Positions 61,821 to 64,000 of a stretch of 64,000 bases of DNA are shown here, one piece after another. The translations under genes and the position numbers were made by a program. Each line of letters opens with the position of its first letter. Position 1 is the stretch's first letter. The stretch comes from Diadema antillarum. Taxonomy: Eukaryota. The stretch lies in contig NW_027272312.1 in assembly GCF_040938485.1 (NCBI RefSeq), positions 62,001-126,000 on the forward strand, read 5' to 3'. The notes beneath the pieces are model-generated. The model saw nothing but the letters and a program-made list of their open reading frames with translations. It ran no database searches and was not told the origin of the DNA.

Positions 61821-64000
61821 AGTCTATGAAGCCGCAATTCCAAGAACACAATTACTTTAAGAAGCATTTTAATGTTTACATGCGACTCACACTTCTTTAG
61901 TTTATCTTTTTTGAGACTACCAGACAGAATGGTGTAAACTGGCACATGATTTGTGTGCATAGAAGGAATTTTGTAAATTTCAATTTCTGATTGGTTGATT
62001 ATTGAAATTTATATATTTTCCCCTCATCCACACTTACCTGCAAACTATGTTTATAGATTGTGTTGATGGAAAAGACATGATCAGAAATTCACTGTAGTTC
62101 ATATCAATTTGTTACATCATTACATTATATGTAGCAACAAACTCATAAAATTTTACAGTCTCCTTATCATTTCACAATTTAGAAACAATACCCGTATAAT
62201 ACATTGAAAATCTATATCATGTAAGTCAAGATATTCTTGTGAAGACAAGGATTTTGATGTATGACCTGGCGTATTCAAATTAAAGAGAAAATGTAGACAT
62301 TTCTCATAAAGATAAAATTAGAACTGCTGATAAAGTTTTCCTCTCTCTTTGTGCAATATTGCCAATATCATGATCTGAACACTTCTAATAAATGAATAAC
62401 ATATGAATTATACTATGCAAAAACAAACAGAAGCATAAACTAGCTGTTAGTCAAAAGGCCAGTTGAATACAAGGAAGACAAGTTGAGCTGAAAAGTATGG
62501 TATATTTCAGTGGCTGTGTTTGTGCAGGGACATGGCTCTTCCTGCACTGTCAAAACTCTCCCTGAACTTTCTGGAGAGGCTATCACAGTCCTTAGTTGAT
62601 GTCATCTTGGTGAACAGCATCACTTGCTTAGCCGACTGATAGCAGGGTACATCAAAATTGGTATCTCAAATAGGCATGATGACAGATGCTTGGATAGCAT
62701 GGTGCTGGTAGTATAGTGTAGCCCAGAGCTCTGTTACCATAGGATGTGGTTTTGGTGGTGCTGTAAGAGTGAAACTATGCTGTACATGCACATTCTACTG
62801 TGTCCCTATGTAAGATAGTTACTTTATTCTGGTTTTGACTGGTGGCACAATTTGTTCATATTAGAAGTGATATCAGCATATTACCAGTGGTTGTTTCATT
62901 CTCAACCAAAGAACAAGTATGATTCAATGGACAGTGTTTTCCTTGTTCTTATTTTCCTCTAAAGTTTGTCTTTCTAGATCCTTTCATTCTAGTTTAGTGT
63001 CAGAATATCAACTTGCCACATGGTTGAAAAAGAAAGAAAAATGTGCAATTGTATGATATGCTAGTTTGCCCCTTGTTTGGTAGATGATAAAGATTTCACT
63101 TTGTTATTTTCAAATGATACAAGACTGCTCAATACCAATTTTTATTCCTCTATCCCAGGCCACGTAACATTCGACTGATGAATCCTCGTTGCTACAATTT
63201 CTCTCTTCCTTTTATATAGCAACCCTTTCTAATGTGGGTTCAGCCCCTACACCAAACATTGTCTTATAAATCACAGTCAAAACGTTTCGAAGTGGGGGAT
63301 GTTCTAGCACTGTGGTAGCAAATGCGAGCAGAGGAAGGAAGAGGAATGATGAATGTTGTAAGATCAAAGGTGCAGAATGTTGATGATTTCCTTCTCAATA
63401 TACCTGTTTGTTGTTTTGGTTGTGTTTCTGTTTGTTTGCTTGTTTGTCTGTTGTTGAAACCATGTGAAAAGTAGAGATAGACTATTAGGATGAAATGGAT
63501 GTTGAAAAGTCTGTTGAGGTCTGTTAGTGAGAGTTGGAACCTAGGGGGTTGGCAGGGCGAATCCTCAGGGAAGATTAGGGCAGGTGGGACTGTCAGGATT
63601 TGGTCAGGCTTGAGGCTCTAGTGTACTGGCCCATGGGTCAGAGAGCTGAGACAGGGATCTTGATTCTTACTGCATGCCCCATCCCTTTTCTTCGGCTCCT
63701 GGTTATGATCTGTATCGTTCATTTCTTTTGTAATTAATATGCTGCAGTAGAACTCTTGAACTCACTGTCTAGATACTTTCTACATCCTCTGGTCTGAACA
63801 CTAATCTGTTTTATTTTCATTTATATCTTGGAACTGTTCTTATTTAATAGCTTAAAAACATGTTTGAATTCCTTAAAAAAAAAAAAATCTCCAGTACTGC
63901 AATATGAGGAGAGTTGGTACTCCTCAGCAACCAGGACAGGCTGCCTTGAGTGAACTCTCAACATCTCACAATGCATTGTAGACATTTTGTATGCAGTAGG

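Noticed and set aside
60780-62800. Possible decayed LINE ORF fragments on the - strand
   Set aside because: No recognisable reverse transcriptase or endonuclease motifs, and multiple stops.

Overview
AT-rich (roughly 35-38% GC by eye) animal genomic DNA with two assembly gaps, probably from an invertebrate deuterostome such as a sea urchin (inferred from MITE types, abundant TAGGCCTA/TACATGTA words and a gene-body CpG-depletion pattern). The one securely identified gene is TTC28 on the + strand: a 441-nt exon (46652-47092) encodes its diagnostic N-terminal TPRs. A candidate first coding exon (6705-6740) in a CpG-rich promoter joins it in frame across about 40 kb of intron, and a second CpG-island promoter and first exon (ending 42986) suggests a shorter isoform. 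The next TTC28 exon was not found in the remaining 17 kb. The rest is intronic and holds many non-autonomous DNA transposons whose ends and target-site duplications (TSDs) can be read directly: Sola1-like, Kolobok-like, piggyBac-like, Harbinger-like, hAT-like with 6-bp TSDs, Tc1/mariner-like, and a Helentron-type element carrying a 158-bp tandem array. The most unusual structure is a 4.9-kb element with 30-bp terminal inverted repeats (TIRs) and a TTAT TSD that carries nine copies of a bipartite internal motif. Most six-frame ORFs are microsatellite or repeat artefacts. I found no clearly new biological system; the leads below are candidates.
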